A stretch of 64,000 nt of DNA from Octopus vulgaris (GCA_951406725.2 OX597835.1:26536001-26600000); one strand, 5' to 3'. Shown: positions 13,814 to 27,737, counted from the first letter of the stretch. Notes: generated from the sequence alone by a model not told the origin. Translations and numbers: made by a program.

Positions 13814-14077
13814 TGTATGTATGTATGTATGTATATATGTATATATATATACGTGTGTGTGTGTGTACATTTCATGATAAAACAAAAACAACTATATGCT
13901 TAGTAAAATTTGTTTATTTATATATGTATATATAAAGCGAGAGTGCGTGTGTATATAATTTCTAATGTTTATAGATGTAGGTATGTACATATATGTATGT
14001 ATGTATGTATATTTTTTTATTTATTAAATTGTTATTATATGATTGAACGCATGCGTCGTCTTCTTCCAAGTAAGTCT

Positions 14078-14112
<35 letters not shown>

Positions 14113-14349
14113 ATATGTATATATATACGTGTGTGTGTGTACATTTCATGATAAAACAAAACTAACTATATGCTTAGTAAAATTTGTTTATTTATATATG
14201 TATATATAAAGCGAGAGTGCGTGTGCATATAATTTCTAATGTTTATAGATGTAGGTATGTACATATATGTATGTATGTATGTATATTTTTTTATTTATTA
14301 AATTGTTATTATATGATTGAACGCATGCGTCGTCTTCTTCCAAGTAAGT

Positions 14350-14412
<63 letters not shown>

Positions 14413-14545
14413 TTATGTATATATATATACGTGTGTGTGTACATTTCATGATAAAACAAAAACAACTATATGCTTAGTAAAATTTGTTTATTTATATATG
14501 TATATATAAAGCGAGAGTGCGTGTGTATATAATTTCTAATGTTTA
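13814..14545. repeat. Tandem repeat, unit about 274-300 bp, about 2.6 copies
   Basis: acatttcatgataaaacaaa...gcgagagtgcgtgtg...ccaagtaagtctt(TA)n recurs. The duplicated ORFs at 13910 and 14184 give a period of 274. Confidence 0.9.
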
Positions 14546-15137
14546 TTTTATGATTATCATTTATCTCAAACTAAAGTAAATCTCCACTATATATTAAGCA
14601 AATTATCATTTTGAAAATTCAAAGAAAAAACAAGTTGTAGTTAAAATATTTGATCTATTATAAACGATCGATCAATAAAGTTCTATGTCTCCTGTAAAAT
14701 ATCATACAAAATCGACAGTTTTACTGATGAGTCATTGACCCCTGCTGCGGAAAATATTATCCCTGTTATTAATACCCGAATGTTATTTAAATTAACAATC
14801 AATTTTTAAAATATCTATTAATAGAGACATTTTTAAAGCTTCACGTCAGTTAACGCAGAGCATCATATGTCACAGACGTGGTTTAATTATTCAAACTGAA
14901 GTCACACAGAAATTATCGTCGGCAAAAGATCACAAAATTTTGAAATTTAAATTATGATCGTATTATGTAAATATTATGGATGACATATGTATTGTCTAAA
15001 ACGTTGAGTGTTCTTTAACACTCGGCATCGTGAAAAGACGTTTCCCAGAACGTTATCCCGCCTCTTTAGGGCGTATAAACGAAATACATATACTATGGGT
15101 GTTATCAATAATGTTTTACATTATTAGGATCGATTAA

Positions 15138-15544
15138 GGCGGCGAGCGGCAGAATCGTTAGCACGCCGGGCGAAGTGCTTAGTGGTATTTCATCTGCTAC
15201 TCCGTTCTGAGTTCAAATTCCGCCGAGGTCGACTTTGCCTTTCATCCTTTCGGGGTCGATTAAATAAGTACCAGTTACGTGCTGGGGTCGATGTAATCGA
15301 TTTAATCCGTTTGTCTGTCCTTGTTTGTCCCCTCTGTGTTTAGCCCCTTGTGGGTAGTAAAGAAGTAGGTATTTCGTCTGCCGCAACGTTCTGAGTTCAA
15401 GTTCCGCCGAGGTCGGCTTTGCCTGACATCCTTTCGGGATCGATAAATTAGGTACCAGTTGCGTACTGGAGTCAATCTAATCGACTGGCCCCCACCTCCC
15501 CCAAAATTTCGGGCCTTGTACCTAGAGCACATAAGAATAATATA

Positions 15545-15580
<36 letters not shown>

Positions 15581-15742
15581 TATAGGGTGGTGAGCCCTAT
15601 ATATCCTTTCGGATATATTGCTCCTTTCATCCTTTCAGGGTCGATTAAATAAGTACCAGTAACGCACTGGATTCAATATAATCGACTAAATCCTTGTGTT
15701 TGTCCCCTCTATGTTTAGCCCCCTGCGGGCAACAAAGAAATA

Positions 15743-15745
<3 letters not shown>
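15138..15745 (+). mobile_element. SINE family B, composite copy plus fragment
   Basis: ggcggcgagc..gaatcgttagcacgccgggcgaa head, with a duplicated gtcgactttgcctttcatcctttcggggtcgat core that resembles Nin/Deu-type SINE central domains. Confidence 0.9.
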
Positions 15746-15776
<31 letters not shown>

Positions 15777-15954
15777 CTTCACTGCGTATGTACTAGTATT
15801 GCATTTTCATTGAAACTTCACTGTTCTCGTTCTGTTAACGTTTTGGCGTTCAGACGTGTGTACTGGCATAGATGTGGCAACATTTGATATATATATATAT
15901 ATAACGCATGTATGTATATATGTATGTATGTTTGTGGTGGAGGTATGTGTGTGT

Positions 15955-16115
15955 GTATGATGGGCTTCCACAAAGCTTCCTTATACCAAATTTATTCACG
16001 CAACACCGTAGTCGGTTCGGTGCTATAGCAGAAAGCATTTGACCAAATTACTGCGCTCTGGAACCGAACCCGGATCTTAGTGTTTGCGAAGCGAGCTTCT
16101 TAACCGCACAGCCAT
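15955..16115 (-). mobile_element. SINE family A head, diverged
   Basis: Reverse complement of ggctgtgcggttaagaagctcgct...cgggttcggttcca... Confidence 0.7.
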
Positions 16116-16645
16116 CATACAAAGATTACTGATGCAGAACGTTTCATGCATTTCTCACCGCTAGTTAAACTGGATATCGGTAGTACTACTACCATTATAC
16201 AGTTCTATTACAATCTCCGCTACATGCCTTAAAATTTTCCTAGATGAAACGAACTACGACATTAATAACGCAACTAAGAGCTATTTAGGCAAGAACCAAC
16301 ATGAAAATACTAAAAATTTTAAATTAAATGTCCATTCGATTTGCAAATTATGTCCTAACATTCGAATCTAATGCTGGAAATCCGTAATAAAATATATCTG
16401 GAATTAGAAAAGTTTAAATATGTAAACAGAAGATATCGAAAAATTCGCATACAACATAAATAATAAAAAACATTAAAAAAAAACGAAATAATTTTTACGT
16501 ATGACAAACATTAACCAACGGACATCAGATTGAGTTTATGTTCAATTACTTGGCGGAAGTAAAACTGATCAGTATATGGGTGTGTGTACATACATACATA
16601 CATACATAAATGCATACATACATACATACATACATACACACACAC

Positions 16646-16708
<63 letters not shown>

Positions 16709-16799
16709 GCGTAATTTTCAAATTTAATTATTTCCAAAATTAGTTTATACGAGTCATATTGATCATTATATGTGTGTGTGTGGCGTGTGTTTGCTAGTA

Positions 16800-16854
<55 letters not shown>

Positions 16855-17006
16855 AATACAAATACATATATGTATACATAAAAATATTAAAATCAATACA
16901 TATATATATACATACGTATATATATCATGTATATATGTGTACATATATAAATATATATGTATTTATATAAATATATATATATGTATATATATATATATGT
17001 ATATAA

Positions 17007-17046
<40 letters not shown>

Positions 17047-17204
17047 TTATATCTGCATATGAATATTTATATATGTATATATATATACATATACATACAT
17101 ACATGCATACATACATCTATATATATAAATATATATATGTTTCATTGTATATAGATTAATATATATATATATATTTTATATACATAATGATATATACATA
17201 TATG

Positions 17205-17257
<53 letters not shown>

Positions 17258-17293
17258 GTATATTTCCATATGCATGTATGTATATATGTATAT

Positions 17294-17379
<86 letters not shown>

Positions 17380-18776
17380 GATAGATGTAGTGTGTAATTT
17401 TCAAATTTAATTATTTCCAAAATGAAGTCATACGACTATAATAAACAGTCGTGTGCAGCACGGATGTGGAAAAACATAACACGAGGCTGCATTTCTGGCT
17501 TCAGATTCCAGGTTCGAATACATCACTCGGGCATTGGAGTCCCTGCATAATATTGTGGAACTGTGCTGATGTTAGAAATTAATTTGTTTTTTGGGTACAA
17601 AAGTCTACATTTTCAGAGTTGGAATCGGTCGCATTGTTGTGATTTTTAACCTTTTACTTGCTGCAGCATGGTCTGAATTGCGGCTACCCTGGGGCACCGC
17701 CTATAAAATTGTAGTCCTAAGAATTGATTCTAATACAAATTCTTTTTTTTTAAGTCTGGTATTTGTGTTTTTTGGTCCTCTTTTGTCGAACCGTTAAGTT
17801 ACGGGGTGGGATTAAGGAAACTAACAATGGATGTTAGGGGGTAACGAGAAACACACACACAGACACACACACATATATCTATCTATCTATTTATCTGTCT
17901 ATATATATATATATACATATGAAATCCGTTCTGTCTGTCTGAGTGTGTCTTGGGCATCCTGCATCCGATTGCGCTCAAATTTGATATGTAGATACCGACG
18001 ATATCAGGGCGGGTATAAGTCTTGAAGAAATTACAAAAATCGATTCCAGTTGAGAATGCGATCGATAAAGCCGTGTGATAGTGCATTTATACGCGCAAGT
18101 ACATCAGCTGTTGCGATCGATACTACGCGTGCGCGAGAAAAATGCACGTGGAGTTTGCGCAAAAAACGCCGGCTGGCTTGAAACAATGCCACAAATTTGG
18201 AGGGTCGGACAAGTTGTTTTGAGAAAATTTGGTTGAAATGTTTGACAACTCAGCACCGTTCATTGGACGGGAGGGGGCGTTTTGCTCGTATATATATATA
18301 TATATATATATAAATACACAAACGCTCAAAAACATATATGTATATGTTCACATTTGTGCACATATACACACACCATCCATACATAAGTAGACATGATTTT
18401 TCAAAAATCATTTATTAATATAATGAATGATTCATCTCTGTGGTTAAATAAATTTGGAAAGTTTTGGTCATTTTAGCCTCTACTCTTGATTTTTGTCCGA
18501 GTATTTGTCCTTCAGACCTCAAAAAAGAATTTTAAAAAAGCAATACACGTTACTGTCACAATTATATTTCCAAATTCAACTATTTCTGGTTGGCTGTTTT
18601 GTTCTGAATATATTCTAAAGCTCCAACCTAGAATTTTCTAAAGGAGAAATACAGCCAAGTACAACAGAGGCAAAGTAGCTGTTCTTATAGAATTTCTGAA
18701 TCTGGAGTGTTTTGCAAGGTCGAACATCTATGAGGTAAAATGGTTTTAGCAATGGCTTGAGAATATCTGTAACATA

Positions 18777-19168
18777 TCTTTATATATAAAACTGTAGTTG
18801 TGTGAGTGTCTGTCCCCTTCGATTTAGATTCCTAACTACTCCCACATTTTGCGGTGCAGTTTAACCAAAACCGGGTATCTTATAGTCGTGAGTCATATCG
18901 AGCCCTTCTGGGTATTAGCGCTTGTCTACGATGAGTCTACGATTTTAAAAGTAATTTACCATAATTTTTTTCCATTTTCATGCATATTTTTTTAAAGGGA
19001 AGTAACTCTCTAAAAATGTCTACGATAAGTCAACGATTTAAAAAAATTTACCATCATATTTTTTCCATTTTTAATGCATTTTTTTGCTATTTTTTGGCTA
19101 TAACTCTCTAAAAATGCCGTATAGTTATTTCCCTTACAAACCCGAGCAACGCCGGGCGATACTGCTAG
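18777..19168 (+). mobile_element. Non-autonomous Helitron (392 bp)
   Basis: Inserted as A|TCTTTATATATAAAA...CTAG|T with a subterminal hairpin CCCG-AGCAACGC-CGGG (19141-19156) and no TSD. These are the canonical Helitron ends. Confidence 0.88.
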
Positions 19169-19329
19169 TATACAAATAAATTCATCAGAATTCTCATAGG
19201 TGGAATTTCAAAAATATTCATAGCTATGTTGATGTTTGTTGAGGACTTTTTTTGTGAAATATAGTTCTGTTATCTTTCAGAACTTTGAACTTTTCTTCAC
19301 ATATTTCCAAATGTTTCCTTTCTTTAAGC

Positions 19330-20150
19330 GTTTAATTTTGGTGAGAACTTCTTATGAAGTGTAGCTCCATTGTTTTTCGAAAACTTGTGTCGTTCCTTGA
19401 GCATTTGAAGAAATGGAAGATTTTGAATTTTCCTTCTCCACATATTTCAAAATGTTTACTCAGTTGAATTTTCCGTAGCTCCACTCGTCGGATGTGTTGT
19501 CTGTGTGTTCTTGTGCGCTGGCAAAGAGAATTATTGGGTTCGCCGATATAATTCTCCTTGCATTTAGGGCAAGTTTTTTAGCAATATATGAGGTTTTGTG
19601 TCGTGCAGTTCATATCTGCATTTACTTTGAATAAGAATCCACTCTTAAATTTTATATGGGTGTCTCCGTCTATATATTTGTAGTTATTATTGTTGTAGCA
19701 TATTCCACGTTCACTGTCTCCATATTCCTTTACGGAGAATTCCGTTTCATCCTCTGATGTGAACTTTGCTCTTGTAAGTTGTTTTTCAGATTTTTCCCTG
19801 GCGTTTACTATTTCGCAGGTAGTTTTTGTCTATCATTTTTCTCATTTTGGGGCTCTGTAAGAGTATTGGTAATTCATTGTATAACGTGGAAAATATTGGT
19901 TATTCTAGGGTTGTATGTGTTAATAAATGGAATAGTATGACCCTTTGTTTGTTTTTTTCTTTTGGCGTCCTAAGTTGTGTGATGTCTAATTTTATTGCTT
20001 TCGAGATTCCATAAGTTTCACAGAGTAATTTTGTTTTTATAAGATGTTTTTGAGTTCATCAATGCTAATTTGGCGTCTTTGTAGGTGAGTTACTTTGGTG
20101 CAGATGTGTCTTGCCATACTGTATGGGATGTTCCTTTTGATGTGTGAGGA
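19330..20150 (-). pseudogene. Degraded Penelope-like element: RT C-terminal region, linker and GIY-YIG endonuclease
   Basis: Hand translation across frameshifts gives HIKRNIPYSMARHICTK, PFINTYNPRI, SKRQ..LKKQLTRAKF and NCTTQNLIYC*KTCPKCKENYIGE. Confidence 0.8.
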
Positions 20151-20220
20151 GTGATTGGTGTGGTGTGTACATGTGTGCACAAATATGAACATCAACATAT
20201 ATAGATGTCTTTTAGTGTGT

Positions 20221-20257
<37 letters not shown>

Positions 20258-20279
20258 AATATATATATATGTATATATG

Positions 20280-20310
<31 letters not shown>

Positions 20311-20961
20311 ACGTGTGTGTATTTGTATATATATATATATATATATATATATACAAATACACACACGTACACACACATATATATATATACACATATATAC
20401 ATATATATATATTCATACATATATATATATATATATATAAACACACACTATGTGAGTGTATAGTGAACTCAAAAATCCTCCTTTCGAAACCATCTAGAAT
20501 TTCAATCAAAAACAGTTGACCATATCCATACAACTTTAATGAATACAAAAGAACAAGACCTGGAAATGCGATTATAATTTGTACTGAAGAAAGTCAAAAA
20601 CAACATCTGGTTTTTCAATAAAAATCTTGACCAACTCAAATACATAAATTTTTTTTCCTTCCACACTCTAAAAGGCCACTAAGCACTGAACAAACAAGTC
20701 TGACCATACGAATACAAAAGCCACGCCTCTTTACTTTTCCCTCCTTCTCGAAAAATTGTTTCTTCTTTCTTCTCCCATGATTGGCAAACCCACAATTTTT
20801 TATATATGAAATGGCCAAGAAATCTAAGTTTAAACCACTTTTTGATCAATCCGATAACGGAAGAAAGCGCTGAAAGTGTAAATAAAATGTAAATAAAAAA
20901 ATATATATAATCATCCAACATTCGGACTACCTTATTATTCTATATATATATAAATAAATAG

Positions 20962-21059
<98 letters not shown>

Positions 21060-21092
21060 CAAATCTTAAATGGTAAATTTTTAAATATTTAC

Positions 21093-21173
21093 TCACCTGA
21101 AGAAAACGTTTTTTTTCATAATGTAGTTGATTTTTTAAGCAATAAAAAAGCGCGTCTGAAACAGCTGTAGTGA
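21093..21173 (+). ncRNA. Type I hammerhead motif with long, partly decayed stem II
   Basis: TCAC-CTGAAGA-AAACGTTTTTT...AAAAAAGCGCGTCT-GAAAC-AGCT-GTA-GTGA, located just after a (TA)n tract. Confidence 0.72.
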
Positions 21174-22126
21174 ATCTCAATCCATTTCTCTGTATGTAAA
21201 CACACACACATACATTCGGGATTTACTAGCATTTGTTTTGCTTTTCATCTTGGACCATTCTTTAATACAATCCGCTACTTTTAGAAATACGTCTCGAGGT
21301 ATTATGTTGAATAATTGTCTTTGATTGTGTTCTATATTCAACTCCAAGTAATAAAAAAGATTTAAGAAAGTCGGACGATATAATTGCAGGAGTGAATTCA
21401 TTTCAAAATCAAATGCTTTTAAACGTCGCTTATAAACGGAGATATTTCCTCTTTGAGAGACTTTATGGAGAATGTAAATCTTCTCTCTGGAAATAATAAA
21501 TGCAGTGAGATTCTTGGAGCAGTAGCCAAATTAATGAGACGTCTGAGATTTTGGTAATCTCCAGCAATAAACCATTTCATAACAATTTTGCAAAGAATCA
21601 AATATGTGAGACACAAAAACATGGCCTACTAAGTTAGAAAAAACAGAATTATTGATATTAATGAGACAATTATGAACTATCCAAACAAAAACTGAACATT
21701 GAAATTCTAAATATATTTCAACAGAGATTTATTGAGAGGAAACGTGAAGTATAATCTATTTTCAATAAGAAAACATTGAATATATACGAATACCGCATAA
21801 TACAAACATGAAAGACAAATTTAGCGTTGACATCGTTAGTCATTGACGATAGCTACATCTGAAAGAAAATTGGTTAAATTATTTTGTAATCGACTTACCT
21901 CATCCGCTGTGCCAAACTTCAACATCATGTGGTCTTGGGTTCAGTACCACTGAGCGGCACCTTGAGCAATTATATTCAACTATAGCCCTGAGTTGACCAA
22001 ATCCTTGAGAGTGGATATAGTACACGGGAACTTTTAGAAAATCATTGGGAACCAAGTTTCTTACCACACAGCCATGCGTGGTGTGTGTATAGATAAACAT
22101 ACTAACTTGTATGTTTTGATGAAATA

Positions 22127-22480
22127 TGGAGTAAAGAATTTTGCCAACATAACACGACAGTCCTGGTTTAGGACTAATGTTACTGTAATTTAGCCCCAGG
22201 AGGCATCGTCTCCAGCTTGATATACGACACGATCTGTGTCCTTATATTTTCGAACAAGGAAGTCTAGCACCCCCACTTTTTGAAGAGAAATAACCCAGAA
22301 ATCGGGATACACAGATAATGTTTTGAGCTTAGTGGGGGTACTAGATTCCCTTGTTCGAAAATATAAGGACACAGATCGTGTCGTATAGCCAGCTGGAGAC
22401 GATGTCTCCTAGGGCTAAATTACAGCAACATTAGTCAAACCAGGACTATCCTGTTATGTTGGCAAACAATCTTTACTCCA
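22127..22480. mobile_element. Palindromic MITE (about 150-bp inverted arms)
   Basis: 22127-22277 is the near-perfect reverse complement of 22331-22480. Confidence 0.85.
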
Positions 22481-23064
22481 AAGTACCGTTGCTGAATATC
22501 TCTCGTTGTGAGATTTAAAAATAGTAATTTTCTAATTGATGAAATATGTAGATCAATATAAAACCCCAAATGTTTTTATTATTTGTTTTATTCTAATCGA
22601 ATGTATATTTTATATTTTTCTTATTATCGGTACATTACGTTTTACTTGATTTAAATTTTTATTTTATTTTATCAATCTTTATTATTTTATTCTTATATAT
22701 TTTTTTCATTATTCATATGAGAAACATCGTTTTATTCTATCTCAGTTCAGTAATGGCGACAGAATGCTTCAATAACTAAAATGCATTGTTATAGAAATAA
22801 GCAAACTGGCAAGTAAAAAAAGACAAAAAAAACGGAGTACTTATTACACAAACCACCCGAGGAGACGCATCATCTGCACCTATGATGATTGATAATTGAT
22901 TATATGGCATCTCACCTGTAAGGTAAGGGCTGCTTGATGAGATGGAACGATGGTAGTGGTCATGCGAAAGGAGTTTCGTGAATTCCGCTTTCTGTTTCTC
23001 ATATGTTTCTATAAGTATATACGTAGGAATATATATATGTATATATAAATGTGTTTTTGTAAAA

Positions 23065-23098
<34 letters not shown>

Positions 23099-23151
23099 GA
23101 ACACACACATACATATATATATATATATACGTATTTTGTGTAAACGCACAA

Positions 23152-23207
<56 letters not shown>

Positions 23208-23337
23208 TATGTGTGTATATATATATGTATATATATATATATGTATATATTTCGTTCAGCTTATAAAATGCCATCATTTATATATATATATATATATAAA
23301 TGATTGTATTTTATAAGCTGAACGAAATATATATATA

Positions 23338-23511
<174 letters not shown>

Positions 23512-23821
23512 GTGTATATATGTGTGTATGTGTGTGTGTATATATGTATATATGTACATATATGTATATATGTGTGTTTGCATGTGTATATGTATATACG
23601 TATGTGTGTATCCTAAAAGATATATTTCAATGTAAACCAATTCAAATATTAGAATTTCCAGGTCATGGACCTTTATGTACACCAAACAAACCTGAAGCCA
23701 TGTAAAAACATGTTTTATTGATCATATTTAAATCTCGCGAGTTTCTTTACCACAAAGCCGCGTTTCCTTGCTGCCAACCGGTATCAGCGCGACGTTGCCA
23801 TTCTTGGCATCGTGAATGAAT

Positions 23822-23887
<66 letters not shown>

Positions 23888-23986
23888 CTTTCGGTCAATA
23901 ATAGGAAAAGATTTTGTTTCGAAGTTAGTTACAAGTGGAAATTGTCAATATTGTCGGTCTGTGTATAGACTATGACTTATGAGTAA

Positions 23987-24054
<68 letters not shown>

Positions 24055-24232
24055 ACACATATGTGATACATATATGTGTGTATGTGTGTATGTATAATTA
24101 CGTACACATGCACACACACACACATATATATATATACATACATGCATACATATGTATACATATTACAGTGTATGAGAGTGTATTTGTGTGTGTATATACA
24201 TACATACACACACATACACATATCTATATAGG

Positions 24233-24270
<38 letters not shown>

Positions 24271-24342
24271 TTATAAAAAGATAAGCATAAATATATATTT
24301 GTGTTGTATGTTTGTGCGTGTATTGATTTATATATGTGTATG

Positions 24343-24400
<58 letters not shown>

Positions 24401-24743
24401 CGTGTGTGCGTGTGTGTGTGCATGGCTGTATATATATATGCGCGTATGTGTGTATATGTATGTGAGTTTGTGTATGTATATCTTTTGTGTGCATGTGCGT
24501 GTGTGCGCGCGCGCATGTGTGCAATTTACAAACGGAAATCAATGCTTAAAACGTGCACAACTCTACAGGAAATAAGTAAACCCAAGTAAACATTGCAAGC
24601 TCGAAGCAACGCTCGTAGAACAGAAGTCTGCTAAATTTAGCGCACCACAGGCTATATACAGGAATCACAAACAAGTGCGTACTTAGAAGTGACGACAGAA
24701 ATATACGTACATATCTATCGGTCAATATTGAATTTCTGACAAA

Positions 24744-24905
24744 GGCGACGAGCTGGCTGAGACGTTAGCACGCCGGGCGAAATTGCATAGCGGCTCTGAG
24801 TTCAAATTCCACCGAGGTCGATTTTGCCTTTCATCTTTTCGGGGTCGATATAATCGACTGGCCTCTTCCCCCAAAATTTCAGGCCTGGTGCCTAGAGTTC
24901 AAAAG
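24744..24905 (+). mobile_element. SINE family B, internally deleted
   Basis: ggcgacgagctggctgagacgttagcacgccgggcgaa...ccccaaaatttcaggcctggtgcctagag. Confidence 0.85.
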
Positions 24906-24989
24906 TATATTGAGTTTCTTATGCTAGCGTTTATAGAGTACATTTTGGAATTGTCTTCTATATGGAGGTAGAATTGCATGTCAGTATTA

Positions 24990-25475
24990 CCGTAAATCCT
25001 CGAATATAATCAGCATTTTTCCCCCAAAATTTAAAGGTCAAAATCCCTATTGCGTACTATATACGAGGTTGAAAATGAAAAATATTTTCTAAGCAATGTC
25101 CAGGTGTCTATTTGCTGCCCGGCAATATTTATGCAGACGCATTTTGTGCTGTCGGGCACGAAAATACCTTAAGCAACGAAGTCATAAAAGAATCATCCAT
25201 AACTTGCAGTAAGCAACATTTATTAAAATAAAAGTATTCAGAACACAGAATAACATGTAACAAAAACAATTTGCAAACATATTTACATTCCCATTATTGT
25301 ATTACGTATGCGCGGAAATGTTTGTTCGACTAGGTGCTGCTGGCTTAATTACGCATGACTCAAGTTAGAGAAGGGGTGCGTATTATACACAAGGTTTAGG
25401 TTTTTCAAAGGTACAGCCACCTAAAAATCCCCTGCGTATTATACTCAAGGGCGGACTATATTTGAGGATTTACGG
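24990..25475. mobile_element. Tc1/mariner-superfamily MITE
   Basis: TA|CCGTAAATCCTCGAATATA...TATATTTGAGGATTTACGG|TA: terminal inverted repeats and TA duplication. Confidence 0.88.
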
Positions 25476-25490
25476 TACTGCGTCCTGAAA

Positions 25491-26090
25491 TGCGGGGAGC
25501 TGGCCGAATCGTTAGCACGCCGAGCAAACTGCATCGCGGCATTTCGTCCGTCCTTACGCTATGTGTTCAAATTCCGCTGAGGTCGACTTTGTTTTTCATT
25601 ATTGCGGCATGGATGAAATAAGTGCCAGTTGAGTATTGGGGTCGATGTAATCGCCTATCCCCCTCCCCAAAATTTCAGGCCTTGTGCCTATAATAGAAAA
25701 GAATATTTATTTCTTTATTGCCCACGAGGGCAATAAAGGCAAATAAAGGCAAAAATATAGGCAAGAAAAGCAAAAATAAAGGATGAAAGGCAAAGTCGAT
25801 CTCGGCGGAATTTGAACTCTGAACGTAACGGCAGACGAAATACCGCTAAGCATTTTGCCCGGCATGCTAACGTTTCTGCCAGCTTTAGAAAAGAATATTA
25901 CTGCATCCTGAAATGCGGAGAGCTGGCAGCATCGTTAGCACGCCGGGCGAACTGCTGAGCGGCATTTCGTCCGTCCTTACGTTCTGAGTTCAAATTCCGT
26001 CGAGATCGATAAAATAAGCACCAATTGAGTACTCGGGTCGATGTAATCGGCTCACCCCCTACTCCGAAATCTCTGGCCTTGTACCTATAC
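25491..26090. mobile_element. Cluster of three SINE family B copies (+ 25491-25705, - 25780-25885, + 25914-26090)
   Basis: Family B head and core motifs in alternating orientation. Confidence 0.85.
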
Positions 26091-27140
26091 GGGATCTTGG
26101 AGGCAGGAGGATTAGGGGATGTGATGAAATATATACTCGAACGGTTGACACGGCTCTGAGTGCTTGCAACAACAAGAAAATTGCAGCAAAGATGTGTGAT
26201 AGTGGCTGTCGGACGTGGCATGCAGACCACCATATAACTTGTTAGACATTTATTCTTCTCTTCCGTTTTATTTTGACATGCGCATTACCTTTTTAATCTT
26301 CACTTCTGTATTACGAATCCAGTATGCAAATGTGCATTGCATCTTCATACGTCTTTTTCCGGCCCCTAGTCAAAACTGTTTATATAGCACAACCATCTCA
26401 CGAACCAGCGTTCGTGAGAAGCGTTTTGCGCTCCGGCGGTTGTGAAAACACAGACAGTTCCGTTAATGGAACTCACGGACTGGGTGGTGATGTCAAAATA
26501 GATAATGAATTAAGTCCTACATCAGAGAACAGGAAGCACCACTCTGAAGTCCTTCTATAATATGTTTCCTTCCGCTTATTAGAATTCTATTTGCACGGTG
26601 TTGATTGGTCAACCGACTCGAGATTAAGGTTGAAGATACTGGCGCTAAACGCCGTGCACGTGGAATGAACTCGTGATTACGTAGTTTTCGAAGCTAATGT
26701 CTTAACCATTCAGCGATGCCCTGATATGTGCCCATATTGTCCAGTCTTAACCAAGAATCGTATTTAGCGTGTCACTGTCTACGAATAATTAAGCAGATTT
26801 AGACAATGTCCTGATAAAGAATTCAGAAGAAAAACAAAAGAAAGGTAGAAAGACAGCTACCGTCTTTTATCTAATCCCATTATTAACCTATAATACAAGA
26901 AGAACCGGTATGAACAATTCCGAGAGATTACGGGCGATTCCTTTTTGTGGCGATAATCATGAAGTTGTGTTTGTGGTTGCTGTGGTTCTTGTTGTTGTTT
27001 GTCTGTCTTGTCTATTGCTTTTCAGACATTGAATATCACAAAACAACAACAACAATATGAATGGCTACAATAACATCCATAACAACGACGATAGCAATAA
27101 CGACAAACCCAATATAATGTTGTGCTATTGAGATAATCAG

Positions 27141-27179
<39 letters not shown>

Positions 27180-27201
27180 GTTATTATTGTTATTGTTATT
27201 A

Positions 27202-27266
<65 letters not shown>

Positions 27267-27390
27267 TTTATTATTGTTATTATTGCTATTATTATTATTA
27301 TTATTTTTATTATTATTATCATTGTTGTTATTATTGCTATTATTATTATTATTATTTTTATTATTATTATCATTGTTGTTGTTGTTGTTG

Positions 27391-27441
<51 letters not shown>
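27141..27441. repeat. (ATT)n/(GTT)n microsatellite
   Basis: Directly visible. Confidence 0.97.
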
Positions 27442-27442
<1 letters not shown>

Positions 27443-27444
27443 GA

Positions 27445-27662
27445 AAGCGCTGAGCTGGCTGAATCGTTAGCACACCAGGGGAAATGCTTAGCGGTATTTC
27501 GTCTGCCGTTTACGTTATGAGTTCAAATTCCGCAAGGTCGACTTTGCCTTTCGTCCTTTCGGGGTCGATAAATAAAGTACCAGTGAAATACTGGAGTCGA
27601 TGTAATCGACTAGTCCCCTCCCGACAAATTTGAGGCTTTGTACCTCCAGTAGAAAGGACCAT
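27445..27662 (+). mobile_element. SINE family B
   Basis: gagctggctgaatcgttagcacaccagggga...gtcgactttgcctttcgtcctttcggggtcgataaa. Confidence 0.9.
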
Positions 27663-27665
27663 AAA

Positions 27666-27737
<72 letters not shown>

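Noticed and set aside
15034-15072. HHR-like remnants at 15034-15072(-), 50536-50650(-) and 58655-58700(+)
   Set aside because: GAAAC..GTH halves are present but the cores and/or stem I are broken.
16711-17423. 30-bp direct repeat (gtaattttcaaatttaattatttccaaaat) flanking a microsatellite block
   Set aside because: Real, but most simply a small local duplication; no element is identifiable between the copies.
21200-21630. Coding-looking unique stretch with two short minus ORFs and a vague hAT-transposase feel on the plus strand
   Set aside because: No recognisable motif and stops in all frames; needs a translated search.
26090-26570. GC-balanced stretch with overlapping 76-78-aa ORFs
   Set aside because: No recognisable domain or convincing splice structure.
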